A stretch of 64,000 nucleotides of DNA, from the NCBI RefSeq assembly GCF_009914755.1, contig NC_060926.1. One strand, given 5' to 3'. Both the position numbers and the translations under genes were made by a program. How positions within the stretch are numbered: the first letter of the stretch is position 1; each line of letters begins with the position of its first letter. Positions 12,052 to 34,687 of the stretch are shown here, piece after piece. This DNA is from the human T2T-CHM13v2.0 reference genome, Homo sapiens. Below the pieces are notes generated by a model. It searched no databases, was not told where the DNA came from, and saw nothing but the letters and a program-made list of their open reading frames with translations.

Positions 12052-12596
12052 TATTAGCTTGTTCCTTTTCTACTTCACGCCTCTTCCTTCCTCCAACCCC
12101 AAATAGCCTAAGACAATGGAGCCATAGAGCCCAACACTTGGTCTATATACAGCAGTCCACTTTCTAGGCAAATGCAGTTTTAAAACTGTGCCATAGGCCA
12201 GGCGCCGGTGGTTCACGCCTATAATCCCACCACTTTGGGAGGCCGAGGCAGGCGGATCACAAGATCAAGATACCGAGACCATCCTGGCCAACATGGTGAA
12301 ATCTCGTCTCTACTAAAAATACAAAAATTAGCTGGACGTGGTGGCATGCGCCTGTAGTCCCAGCTACTCAGGAGGCTGAGGCAGCAGAGTCGCTTGAACT
12401 CACGAGGCGGAGGTTGCAGTGATGTGTCACGCCACTGTACTCCAGCCTGATGGCAGAGCGAGACTCCATCTCAAAAAAAAAAACAAAAAACTATGATGTA
12501 GTTAGAGTTGGTTTCCATGTCAGATGGATTTAATACTGTGATGTCATTAACTTCTTTGAAATGCTTCATATACAACTGCTATAGTTAACTGAATTC
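12052..12596 (+). repeat. Copy 2 of the local direct repeat, split by an Alu (12196-12490, +)
   Basis: Colinear with 11151-11389 on both sides of the Alu; degenerate TSD aaaactgtgccata/aaaactatgatgta. Confidence 0.9.
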
Positions 12597-12934
12597 AAGC
12601 TGCATCTTAAGAATTATGGTTTCGTTTTTGTTTTAGTTTTAAATTACTTTTATTTTTGACATTTACAAGCACAAGGAAGACGCTATAATCTCTCTTGAGT
12701 TGTCACCCATCTCTAACAGTTTTCAACTCATGGACAATCTTTTGGCGTAACTAGGGGAGAGTTAGAGACTTAAATCCCACACATCATTTCTTTCCCCAGT
12801 GAATAATTCAATGTTTATTGGATTTCTCTGTCACCTATACCTAGTTTATGTTCATTTTGCCTGTGTTATTGTGAATGTCTTTTTATAGTATCCTAAATAG
12901 GGCTCATATATTGCATTTGGTTGATATTCCTTAA

Positions 12935-13237
<303 letters not shown>

Positions 13238-13584
13238 ATTTTGTTGTTTTTTTATCTATAACAATTATATATATAAGTATATTTTTAATGTGCCACTTAT
13301 TAATTGAAGAAAGTGGTCATTTATGCTATAGCAGTTCTATATTTGGGTTTTAATCATTACAGGGTAACACTGAGCTTGTTCCAATTGCCTATAAATAGGA
13401 AGATCCAGGTGCAATTGGGTGGGATGGTGGACAAAAATACATCATAGATGGTATTGTGTGCTTTCTAAGACATGAGGAGGCCCAGAATGTCCAGACAACT
13501 TACTTTTGACTGATTGACCTTATCTAGTTGGTGTTCTTTAACATGTTCCCCATCCCCTGTAAACCCTAATAACTAAACTGATAA

Positions 13585-13742
13585 GAGTCATCCTCAAAAT
13601 TGAGCAGGCATCTGAATCATCTGGTATACTTACTAAAATTCCAATTGCTGGTCCCCAATTTCTGACCCAAGATTCTGCATTTTTAGCAATTTGTTGCTGA
13701 TGCTTCTGGTCTGGGGCCCATACCTTGAGAACCCCCGGTCTA
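13585..13742. mobile_element. MER5A-like DNA transposon
   Basis: catcctcaaa...gcatctgaatcatctgg...ctgcatttttagcaa...ccataccttgagaacc. Confidence 0.6.
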
Positions 13743-14608
13743 GAGGCCTGATAAGATTCAGGCTTAATTTTTTTTACAGACATACTTCATAAGTAGTATT
13801 GATAGTTTCTTTGAATCTGGTTTTTAATAATCTTTCTAATGATGAAGGAGGAATGTTCTCAATACTGACAGTAATCTCAGTTCTTCAAACTATAGGATAG
13901 GTTTCTATAGCCACAATAGTATTTTTGTCACAAGGGCCCAAATAAGAATACATCATGTATATTTTTAATACTTATTCAAATTACAAATTCACTGTCTTTA
14001 ATTTATTCTAACAAAAGTAAACCTAATTTTATAGTTATAAAAAAGAAGAAATCTACTTCTAGTCACCTAAGAGTAAAACTGCCCTTATAAAAAACAAGAC
14101 AGAAATCTCAAAATTATAACTAATTTTATAGTTATAAAATTAACCAGGACTTTAAGAACGTTTGCATTTTAAAATTAAAGTTTTCAATAGTTTTCAATAC
14201 AACAATGATACTATCTCAAAATACTCAGCATGTCTAACAGGCCTCTTTTAAAAGCTCAGCATGTTTAATGTAGGTGTTGCTAACGTCCAGGTGGCTCCTA
14301 TAAGTTAAGGGTCCATTGATTTAGAAGTTCTAAAAGAGACTAACCTAAGGGATACCAATAACAGATATTTTTAAAGAATTTCATAGAGGAGATACACATT
14401 AGAAACCCAGAACTCTAAGATGTGCATTTGCTAAGTCCTGTAAACAGACAAGAAAACACATTTACATTAGTTTGCCCTTTAAAGATTATTTCCTACTTGT
14501 CTCTTATCAATGTGAGTACATAAAAGAGACCTTATTACAATTAAAAACAATGATGGTTTAGCAGCAGATTTAGATACCTTACATTCTCTCTTTAAGAGAG
14601 AGAATGTA

Positions 14609-15470
<862 letters not shown>

Positions 15471-15809
15471 CCACCATATTACAGATATGGACTGTCAGTC
15501 TGACTGGTCACACTAGGGGCATTTTGTTACCAAGGCCTTGAAAATAATAACCAACACTGCATACATGAGGGATGCCAGAAGAAAGGTCTGAGAGCCACTC
15601 TTCCTGGCACTGAAGGAAACAGGGCCCATCAGAGCAAACAAGTACCTTTTGCCTCTCTCATCTCCTTGGAGGCAAATGTTTATAATCTCTGGTTTTGTGT
15701 AAAGTTTATAACAGTATTTTTCATTCAGGTTGCTACCTATTAGTGGATGGTGAAATTAATTTGGTGGATCACATTCAGGATATTTTTTTTTTAAATCAAA
15801 AGAATACAA

Positions 15810-16112
15810 GCTGGGCTCAATGACTCACACCTGTAAGCCCAACAGTTTGGGAAGACCAGGCAGGAGGATTGCTTGAGAACAGGAGTTCAGAATCAGCCTG
15901 GGCAACATGGCGAGACCCTATGTCTACAAAAATTTTAAAATATGCCAGATCTGGTGGCATGTGCCCATAGTCCTAGCTACTCGGGAGGCTAAGGCAGCAG
16001 GATTGTTTGTTAGAAGGAGTTCGAGGCTGCAGTCAAACTTCTGGTCGAAATCCTGGTCACGCCACTGCATTTCAGCCTGGGCAACAGAGTAAAACCCCAT
16101 CTTTAAAAAAAT
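15810..16112 (+). mobile_element. Alu (AluJ-like, diverged)
   Basis: Dimeric Alu structure. Confidence 0.8.
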
Positions 16113-17349
16113 ATTAAGAAATAAAAATAATATGTGAAACGTTAGAATATGTTGAATCTGGTAAGGATAAGCAATTATTTCTTGAAACTCTACATACATA
16201 CATGAGTGTTGGTAAATACCTGACTGTATCATCAGCTCTAGATATAAAATGTTTATGATGTTGGCTGTGAGTTAATGAGGAATAGTTTTCCTTTCTGTGG
16301 GTTTGGGTGTATTTGGGAAACATTAGCTTAGGGGGGTAAAGTAGGTTACCCAACTCCGAAAAGCAGCATCAAAATCTTTATAATAAACACATATTAGGGG
16401 CCCAACTTAAATTTCAAGCAGATGTCATGAGCTGCTCAGAGTAGCGTGTTACAACTCTGCGTTATAAGGTAAAATGACTTAGAGTGTAGCAGTAGTCCCC
16501 AATGTCAAATAGACAGTGGTAAGTATAGATTGCTCTTCTCCTTGCATCACAAATGTTAATTCACCCTGCCCCCACACGCATTAAAACTCAGCATATTTCA
16601 CAAATTGAGTGTTTCATTTCTATTTGAGATAGACTTATGGTAAGTCAGCTTTGCTCCCCAAATAAGTTAGCCATATAGTACTTCTATATGCAAAATTTGA
16701 ATCTCAATTTTACTACTCAAGCTGGAAGTAAAAGTCATTTTTGTATATCTTCTTTGCTCCCAGACTGGGTTACAGTTTACAGATCTGAATATTGTCACTT
16801 GTACACCATACATACACAGAGGTCTAAAACTCTCTACAAGTAAATAAAGAAAAAAAGCCCAGCAACCCAATAGGAAAATAGGCCAAGCCTGTTATAGGCT
16901 TTTTGATCATCTCCAGACTGGCAGGAAGAGAATGCATACTCACACTGTAAGTGCCTGATTTGATTTGCAGAGGATATAGAACCTTATCAGAAAACAGCCT
17001 TCCAAGGCAAGAGCAAATGCACCCTATCTAAGCACAGCTTTTCTCCAATTCTTATTTACCTAAGGAGATGAATAGCTGCCAGGAACATTGTTTGCACAAG
17101 GGCAGGAGCCTGCCAGATCTGAGAACACAGCAAAATTTTTATTTTGTCAAAAATCTTATATTCAGCTTACACCATTCATTTCAGGTGAACATACAACAGT
17201 CTGCATTTCAGTTTAGGGAAATGTTTACAGTCGTCTGGTTCTCTTTATTCTTGGGAACAAGGTTACCTCACTTGGAACACATAACCAGTGCCAAGTTGTC
17301 CATCCCTAAGCAATATCGCTTCCTCCTACTTTCTAGAAGTTCTTCAGGT

Positions 17350-17840
17350 TGTGGAAGACAGACTTTTCAGAATTGTTTGCCCTCATTCCCTCCTCCAGAA
17401 ATGCATGCCTTTGTATAATCTCTTCCCCTTGAGAGCCAGTAGGCTAACCTAATGAGTTATGTTTAACCAGTAGAATACAGCAAGAATGATAGATTACAAG
17501 AGATTGTGGCTTCTATCTTGCTAGCGGCCTCTCTCTGTCTTCTCTGCTTGCACACTTTGTTGAAGCAAGCTACCATCCCAGAGGCAAGGAACACAGGCCA
17601 TCAGTTTAGCAGCCTTGAGGAACTAAATTCTTCCAACTACCACATAAGTTTGGAAGTAGATTCTTCTCCAGTCCAGCCTTCAGATGAGACCCCAGCCATG
17701 CCAACATCTTGATTGCAGCCCTGTGAGAGACCTTGAAATAGAACCATTTCTGATCTCCTGACCCACAGAAACTGTGAAATAAATATGTGTTAAGGTACTA
17801 AGTTTGTAGTAATTTGTTACGCAGCAGATTGTAAATAACA
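17350..17840 (+). mobile_element. MLT1-type MaLR LTR
   Basis: ccagtccagccttcagatgaga...cctgacccacagaaactgtgaaataaat...taatttgttacgcagca. Confidence 0.75.
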
Positions 17841-18019
17841 CGCAGATAAAACCAGACAGAACAGAAAAATAAAATGACTTTAACTCTAGAAAGTTTCCCC
17901 ATGTAAAATTTTGAAAATGCTACTCTGCCTAAGGTCAAACTGTCATACATATATACGTATGAAAACACAGAAAGGTGTCTGGAAGGGTAATACCAAATTA
18001 AATCTTTATCCAAGAGGAA

Positions 18020-18600
18020 TGAAAACCAGTATTCACACAAAAACCTATGCACAAACCTTGTGAATATATTAAAAACCAGTGAATTATGCACTTTAAAAAG
18101 GTGAATTATGTGGTATATGAATTATATCTCCAAAACATTTAATTAAAAACCTGTACACAATTATTCATAGAAACTTTCTTTAAAATTGCTAAAAACGAGG
18201 AAGATCTCAGTTATCCTTCAACTGGCAAATGAATAAACAAACTGGTACAGCCGTGCAATTGAATACTGCTCAGCAATAAAAAAGAATGCACTGCCAGTTC
18301 AGCAACATGGGTAATTCTCAAATGCATTATGCCAGTTGACAGAGGTCAGACTCAAAATACTATGTACAGTGTGATTCTACTTATATGACACTGAAAAAAG
18401 CAGAACTATAAGGACAGAAAACAGGTTAGCGGTTGCCAAGGAGTGGGAGAAGCAGCCAGGGAGAACTTTGAGGAGATGAAAATGTGCCAGGCCTTGGTCG
18501 GTGGTGGTACGTAACTGTGCATTTGTCAAGACTCAGTGCTATATGCTGAAAAGGGCAGGTTTTACTATAAGTAAGTTGTACCTCAATAAACATGATTTTT
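18020..18600 (+). mobile_element. L1M 3'-end fragments
   Basis: aacctgtacacaa...tgaataaacaaactggtac...gttgccaaggagtgg...cctcaataaa. Confidence 0.7.
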
Positions 18601-19015
18601 AAATGATTAAAACTTTGGTTTTTGTTTGTTGTGGTTCAGTTTTAAGGTTTCCCATAAATCTATTGGTTTTAGATTCTAAGTTGTATATAAGCTTCTGTTT
18701 TAAAAGAATTTTTTTTTTAAATCCTCTTATCGTCAACAATATTTAGTTGTGCTGGAAATTTTATTTTGGAATTGTTTAATAGAGAAAGACAATAAATAAT
18801 GTTCAAGAACAGACATTGATTCATAACATCAAAGTATATTGTGAGAAGATGGTATTTCAGAATAGAGGAAGAATTTCTTATGTGCTGGTAAGATTGTAGA
18901 TAATCATTTCTGCATAATTTTCATAGCTGGATTGCTTTAATAAAGCCATTTAAAGGTTAAGTTCTAGATTGCTTCATGTTGCTTATCAATGTTTTAAAGC
19001 TAAAATAGAAAATTA

Positions 19016-19412
<397 letters not shown>

Positions 19413-19559
19413 CCCCCCCCCCCACCAAAAAAGGCATGTGATCAGTAAAAAAGACATTATTTGCTTATATTGTAGAGTGGTTCTAAAATATAGATTTTAC
19501 ATTGAGAAATTTTAATACTCTCTTTTTTCTTTTTTTTTTCTTTGTTTTACTTTCTAAAG

Positions 19560-19594
19560 ATGAGGAAGAAAATGCTTCCCGTTCTTCTGGATGA
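19560..19594 (+). CDS. RGPD5: RGPD terminal coding exon (DEEENASRSSG*)
   Basis: Long polypyrimidine tract, then ctaaag|AT GAG GAA GAA AAT GCT TCC CGT TCT TCT GGA TGA, in phase with the GRIP exon. Confidence 0.93.
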
Positions 19595-20016
19595 GCATCC
19601 TATCTTCGTAGTTGGTTTGGACTTCGATAGGTTGATGGAAGGAATACTTCTATTAACTAAATAGAATCTGTTTACAAAAATGGTTCGTGTGTGTTACCAT
19701 TATTCTTTTGTCAAAAAGTGTGTATATATGTTTGCATTTACATATATTTGTACATCTGTATGACAGATGTATTTTAAAAGTTTCAACTTGAAGTAAAAGT
19801 ACAACAGCTTGAAGTGTTGATACCAGGCCACAGCCCTCTAACTCATGTGATCTCCCATGCATGCTGCCAGAATAAAACCACCAGGAATGAATTCACTCCC
19901 CACTTCTCTGGAACCTCAGGACCCGCCCATTTCTCGGCAGTACTGTGAATTTTGAAGTTAAACTAAATTTTGGTACCATACCAACTGGAATTTAGGCTTT
20001 AAAAATAATGTTTCAA

Positions 20017-20170
20017 GGCCAGGTGTGGTGATTCATGCCTGAAATCCCACTACTTGGGGAGGCTGCGGCTGGAGAATTGCTTGAGGCTAGTGAGCTGTGA
20101 TTGTACCACTGCACTCCAGCTCGGGGAACAGAGCGAGACCTTGTCTCTAAAAATAATAATAGTAATAAAA
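20017..20170 (+). mobile_element. Alu monomer (FLAM-like) inside the 3'UTR
   Basis: ggccaggtgtggtgattcatgcctg...gaccttgtctctaaaaataataat. Confidence 0.8.
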
Positions 20171-21364
20171 ATAACGTTTTATGACTATTTATTGCAAGGT
20201 CAGATTTACAGATTGTTACAAATTGTTGAGAAATTTTTGTGATTAGAATATGAAGGAAAAAGCTTTGTTGGTAAAAGTGACATGTTAAGGGGCTATGAAG
20301 TAAATATGCTGCAGTTAATTGTGCTAAGTTAAAATACAGTTTAGTTATTTGCTTTAAAATAAACTCTTCTTTTTTTCTTTAAAGTATACTACCTCAAAAC
20401 TCATTATGTTGTCAGAGCCCTAGAGCTGGCTAGTGTAACACTGACTATGAGTAGGTGGGCCCACCACTTGAGTTGAGGTGATTTCATGGTGTCTTTCCAG
20501 GCTCTTGATAGGGTGTCACTGCATGCAAGCCATGAATCTGTTTTGAGAATCCTCTCCATTTTCCCAAATAAAAACCTATCCCAACAGTGACTATATCACT
20601 CAGCATTGGATCTAAATATAAAAGTGGTGCTTTCAGTGTTTTTGGCAGATAGTGTTCCATAACCTTTCCATCAGAAGGGATTTTAGACACCTTAGAGGTC
20701 CGTGCTACATCTTCACAGTTCCTCCGAATAACCTTAGGTGGTAGTGTTACTTGCCTTTGACACCTGTGCATATGTTTTAATGACTAGATCCAAACTGTGT
20801 TGTTCTTAAATCAAAAATTGGATAATTTTTAATATTTATGTATTAATCACACAGTGTGCTCTCTGAAGTTCTCTTAAGCCTTCAGTTTATACTCTTAATT
20901 TTCTTTCTGAGCTGGGGAACTGACTTTGCACTTTGGTTACACAGAACATTGGTTTCCAATTTAGTTTAACTGAAATTTGCTGCTGATATGTTGAGTTTGT
21001 TCTTTAAAAAATACCTCATATATCTCGTCTTTCCTCCTTAGAAGAACAGACCTAACTAGCGAATGTATGAATGAAAATGCATCTATTTCAGAGCCGACAT
21101 GAAGAGTTTAGTTTTTTTACTTTATAAACTGTGAATATGAGTATGCCAGCTGCATTAGATGTAACTAATCATATTTAAATATATTTCACTTTGACTTTAG
21201 ACCTTTTGAAGTCTGTATAAACTTGTTTTGAAATACAGTCTCCACTTACGAATGTCATAACAAAATACTTTTTTGCATGATAAAAAATTACTTTGATTAC
21301 AAAAGGCATATTCTTTCATGGTTTCTGCAATGAGAGGAAGTGTAGTGATTATTTTAATATTTCT

Positions 21365-21370
21365 ATTAAA
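21365..21370 (+). terminator. Candidate distal polyadenylation signal ATTAAA
   Basis: ATTAAA followed within ~30-60 nt by ctcttttatgtt...tgtctctttggggttgtt. Confidence 0.55.
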
Positions 21371-21711
21371 ACTGTATATTTTTATGGCTGCTCTTTTATG
21401 TTACCCACTGTCTCTTTGGGGTTGTTAATTGGTTTCTGAAAGGGAACTTCAAACTCCTTTACTACTGGCCTTCCATGGTTGGTCCCTATTAGGTTTTTGT
21501 GAGAACGTCGACCAACTCTTTGATACCCGCCAGGTAGACCGTAGTACCTGCCATGTCTGACACCCTGCATCCAAGCTAAAACCAGAAACAGCGCTGGGCC
21601 TCCCTGTGGACAAGACATTGATTTGACCAGAAGCAGATGTCTGGCTAAGGCTGCCAACCAAAGGGTGGCCTTAGATGAAGGGCTTTGTTCAGTTAGGGGC
21701 AGAGGTCATTA

Positions 21712-21940
21712 ATTTTTTTTTTTTTTTTTGAGACAGAGTCTTGCTCTGTCGCCCAGGCGTGAGTACAATGGCGCGATCTCGGCTCACTGCAAGCTCTGCC
21801 TCCCAGGTTCACGCCATTCTCCTGCCTCAGCCTCCTAAGTAGCTGGGACTACAGGCGCCCGCCACCATGCCCGGCTAATTTTTTGTATTTTTAGTAGAGA
21901 CAGGGTTTCACCGTGTTAGCCTGGATGGTCTCGATCTCCT
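21712..21940 (-). mobile_element. 5'-truncated AluY
   Basis: Ends at gatctcctg; flanked by degenerate TSD gaggtcattaatt/gaggtaatttatt. Confidence 0.85.
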
Positions 21941-22152
21941 GGAGGTAATTTATTTCTTTGGATGTTTGGACTAGGAGATGGGGAGAGGCAGAGCAGAAAG
22001 AGAAACACAGATGCCACAAGGAGGAGGAACAGAGCTAACCCTGGATAGGACTGGACACAGCAGCCAGACCAAGAGAGGCATCTAGTGAGAAGCAGCTCTT
22101 CAGCCCTGGGCCTGGTGCACACATCACTCCTTGGTTTCTAAGAACCAAATTT

Positions 22153-24286
<2,134 letters not shown>

Positions 24287-24620
24287 TCAGCCTGCAAAAA
24301 GATTTACCAATTTACCTCATTTTCTTCTGTTCCTTGTTCTGACCTCAGTGCATGACCCACAGCACCAAGTGTTACTGTCGTTTATGAGTGAACAATTGTG
24401 TTAATAAGGAAATAAATTGAATGTTTTCCAGCATTTTGACCTTATTTTTTAAAACTTTGTACCTCCCAGAGCTGGGAAGAGATTCCAGATTTCCAGACTT
24501 AGTCCAGAGTCATGACTAATGCTGGACTTCGTCTATAGCTCTTATTGAAATGTCAGAAAACATTTTTTGCCCCAAAAACTATTAACTGATAAATTTATAG
24601 CATCAAACTGCATTTTTTAA

Positions 24621-25399
<779 letters not shown>

Positions 25400-26183
25400 T
25401 ATTTGGTTTTTTGTTTGGTTTTCAAGCAACCTTTCTAAATTTTGCTATGCTCACTCTTTCTTCACATGTTGGTACTGGCTAGATACAGATTTTGCTTTCC
25501 TATTGGAGACTCTTTTGAGAGCTGGCTATCCCCTCTTGCTCCTTTTCTTTTTTCTCTTCCCTACTTTCAAGTTTCTTGCTCTTTTTCTTACCCCATAAGT
25601 TACCAGAAATTCATACCCCCTTGAGAGGGCTTTTTGTTTGAACTTCAGTCTTTAGTTTCATCAACTTTTCTAAGGAAATTGATCTGTTAATGAAAGTTGG
25701 CTTGCTTGACTTCAGAATATCTGTATTATTCAGTGATGTGTTTTTCTGGTTGCTTTGTTTGAGCACAGTGTAAATATCACCCATTGCATAGCTTTGGCAG
25801 TGACATAAATCTGGCAGCGTAAGATCGAGAAAAGCTAGAAGTCTCACCACAGATTGTATTTCAGTGAAAGGGATTCTTTTTAAGTGCTGATAAAACTAAA
25901 GAAAACCTATAAACATGGAAAACAATTATTAAACCCACCATATGCTCATACTGCTATTAAATGGTGTGACAGATTCTAGAAAGAGTTACCTTTTGGTAAG
26001 AGCACTGCTTGTTAACTATAGTTGATTGCTTTAGATGTCTAGTGTGTACACAAAAGCATGAATTTTATTCCTTATAACCAAAGTAGAAACCTACTCTGAG
26101 CAATTTGACAAAAGGTTTACATTATTTATTTTAGTGTAGTTTAAGATTACAGTAAGATACAATTCCCAAAGAGTGAAATATAA

Positions 26184-26464
26184 GGCTGGGCGTGGTGGAT
26201 CACGCCTGTAATCCTAACACTTTGGGAGGCTGAGGTGGGTGGATCACCTGAGGTCAGGAGTTCGAGACCAGCCTGGCCAACATGACAAAACCCCGTATCT
26301 ACTAAAAATACAACAATTAGCCAGACGTGGTGGTGCGCACCTGTAATCCCAACTACTAGGGAGGCTGAGGCAGGAGAATCACTTGAACCTGGTGGGGCGG
26401 AGGCTGGAGTGAGCTGAGATCATGCCATTGCACTCCAGCCTGGGCACGCTCTCAAAAAAAAAAA
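26184..26464 (+). mobile_element. Alu (AluSx-like)
   Basis: Alu consensus with small 3' deletion. Confidence 0.88.
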
Positions 26465-26835
26465 GTGCAATATAGCTTTTCACAAAATATGGAACTGTGG
26501 TAGTGTAGAACAATGTCTCAATATACCTCCTACACTAAGTATAATAGTAAATATCTGTATTTGGTGGCATAATATGTTCTTAGTATAAACCAAAAACACA
26601 TGCTGAGCATTGGACATTGTCCAATGTTTAATTCATATGATTCATTCTGAGTTTCTGACTGAGATCATTCTTTCAGACTATGTCTATTTGTCCTGGGACC
26701 CATAAAATATGCAGCCCTAACATGATTTCATTTTTGTTTCCTTTCCTGGAAAAGGAGAAATCATTCAGATCAGCTTTCATATTGCCTTATAGACGATGAC
26801 TTCAAAATAGTTTGAAAGGGACTCCTTTGTTCTAG

Positions 26836-27466
<631 letters not shown>

Positions 27467-27799
27467 TTTTCTAAAGAGTCACTGCTAAGCCCTGAATTTA
27501 ACTCCAAATACCTCCCTGGAATACAGTGCCAAGGCAGGGGCTTCCTTGAACTTCAACCTCCAAAAGTAAGCAAGAATTGAGAAATATCTTCTGCTTTGAA
27601 AAATATTCACTCCCCAACCCTAATACATCAATTACATATTATTTGGGGGCTAACTAAGCTCCTGTTTTAAAATGTAAATTGAAGAAATTAGGCCAGAGTC
27701 ACTCCCATCTTAGTGCCAATCATATAATCAGATAATTAGATTGCTCTTTCCCTAAAGCCTGTTTAGTTTTCTTGTTTGCTGGTTTTGTTGTTGTTGGGT

Positions 27800-28300
<501 letters not shown>

Positions 28301-28949
28301 GCTCGCTAAGGCCTTTTGCCAAGACAAATTAGCTCTTAGAGAACCACAGGATTCCTCTTGTAATGTATTACAAACTAAAGTCTTACCTGCTCTTGAAGAG
28401 TAGAAAACATGAAAAAGTTCTGTGTTAGCCCTTAGAATAATTAAAAATTCATAAGCTCTGAAATAAATACAGGTAATAAAGGTAATAAAATTATTGCCTA
28501 TGACAAAACAAAAGTTTAAATTGGCGTTTGTAAACTCTGCACGAAAGCCAGGTTTCTCACTACTAGAAAAAGAAAAAAAGTTATAAATAAGCCAAGAATT
28601 CCAGAATGAATCCTGTGGTGCCAAATATATGTTAACTACAAGGAATAACAGTGACCTTACACTGGAAACACCTTAACCATGGGCCAAGGTTAAAGATATA
28701 ACAGCATTCTCACACCCCTTGCACAGCTACCCCCAATGTTAACATAACTGTTAATAAATTATCAAAACTAAGAAATTAGTCTTGGTATAGTATCACTAAC
28801 TACACTCCAGACCTCAGTCAGGTTTTCCCAGTCTTTCCTTCAGTGTCCTTCCTCTGTTTCAGGATTCAATCCATGATCCTTGACACTTGGTACTTTGTCA
28901 GATGTCCTGCTATATGGGTTTGTTTGATGTTTTCCCATGATTAGGGATA

Positions 28950-32580
<3,631 letters not shown>

Positions 32581-33288
32581 ATAATTCCATAGTAAAAGGA
32601 ATCAGGAGGCTTGAGAGATGCTTATTTCAGGTCTGGGGTAAGGAATGTACAAAGTGAACCAGGACTAATGAAGTTATATTAAAACTCCAAAAGACGAAAA
32701 GAGTCATTTAAAAGACTAATGGAGTCATATGAAAAGGTCCCAGGAGCCAACAGAAAGGACTCCCCTTGGCCAAATCTGGAACATTTTGACAGTTTGAGCA
32801 TCAATAAGAGTAATGAACCATAATTGACTAGAAGACATTTAAAGCATAAAAATTCTTGAGTCCATAATCATACTCAATAAAGATGAAAACAAACCATCTT
32901 AATCATCACTGATGGGGGTGGCTGTTATTCAAGTTCTTATTCTAAAACTTGGTAATTAAAGGTAAGTAAAGAATAATGTATTCTTTCTCTGCAGTGGAAC
33001 TAAGTTTTAGATACAAAATAACCCCAGTGGATGAGGGAAAGTTCTTTAGAGGTAAGAATGACAGTTAATAAATGTAGAAAAAAAAAAGATAATTTAATCA
33101 CCATTTTGCAACTTCTAATTAAGTAACTGATGTGAGAAAGAATCATTACTGCATGCTAAAACCATTAAGGGAAAGATGTCAAAGATCTCAGTGTTCCAAC
33201 CCATAGAATACTTTCCAGTGGCAAGAAGATAAATCGATAGTTAACCCTATAATCTTAGAATCTCTAATAGTGGGTACACTAGATATTA

Positions 33289-33726
<438 letters not shown>

Positions 33727-34403
33727 TTACTGGAAATAAAAGAGAATACAGTTAAAGGACACCATGAGGAAACAATCAGATAAATACAGAAAGTGAGAAC
33801 ATTGACCCAACTTCTATAAGTCAACTGGCTAGGTCTCTCCAATAAGTTCAAAGTCAAGAAAAAAAAGGGGGGGCCAGGTACTACACTTGATTTTTAAAAA
33901 GCTTAGAGACAAACAATGAAATGCAACCTATGCTCCTTAATTAGAACCCTATTTAAACAAACCAGCTCTCAAAGACATTTTTTGGGGTCAAAAAGGGAAA
34001 GGTGAATATAGTCTGGTTATTAGAGAACATTTAGAAAGCACTGTTACTTGTATTAGGTGTGAAAATTGTGTGATTATATTGTGAAAGAATTCCTTCTTTA
34101 AAAAAGATGCATTCTAAAGTATTTAGGGGTGAAAAGTTTAAAGTAATTTACTTCAAACTACAGTGAAAAAAATTTAAACACTGCAAAATATTAACTGCTA
34201 AATCTAGATGGTGGCTTTATAATATTCATAGATGAACATATTTCCTTTAAATTTCTATGTGCTTAAAATTTTTCATGTTAAGTAATATATGTATTACATT
34301 GGGATACATATAACTATGATTGACAGAAAATAACACTAAAAGTGCAAGATCACTGATTCTGTCTAGGAAGTAGGATTATAGGGACTTCAATTTTCAAGTT
34401 AGC

Positions 34404-34687
34404 TTTTTTTTTTTGAGACGGAGTCTTGCTCTATCGCCCAGGCTAGAGTGCACTGGCGCAATCTCAGCTCCCTGCAAGCTTCGCCTCCCGGGTTCACACC
34501 ATTCTCCTGCCTCAGCTGGGACTACAGGCACCACCACCATACCCAGCTAATTTTTTTTGTATTTTTAGTAGACACAGGGCTTCACCGTGTTAGCCAGGAT
34601 GGTCTCGATCTCCTGACCTCAGGTGATCTGCCCACCCTGGCCTCCCAAAGTGCTGGGATTACAAGCGTGAGCCACTGTGCCCAGCCA
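34404..34687 (-). mobile_element. Alu
   Basis: Antisense Alu with short internal deletion. Confidence 0.85.

Larger units (their letters stand above)
19595..21390 (+). other. RGPD5: RGPD 3'UTR (GCC2-derived); end approximate
   Basis: AT-rich sequence after the stop. AATAAA at 19871, 20358 and 20567; ATTAAA at 21365 followed by a U/GU-rich downstream element. Confidence 0.65.

Noticed and set aside
21712-21940. Truncated AluY whose missing 5' part resembles the Alu fragment at 5142-5224, suggesting reciprocal halves
   Set aside because: The 21712 element has its own degenerate TSD, so ordinary 5' truncation explains it.
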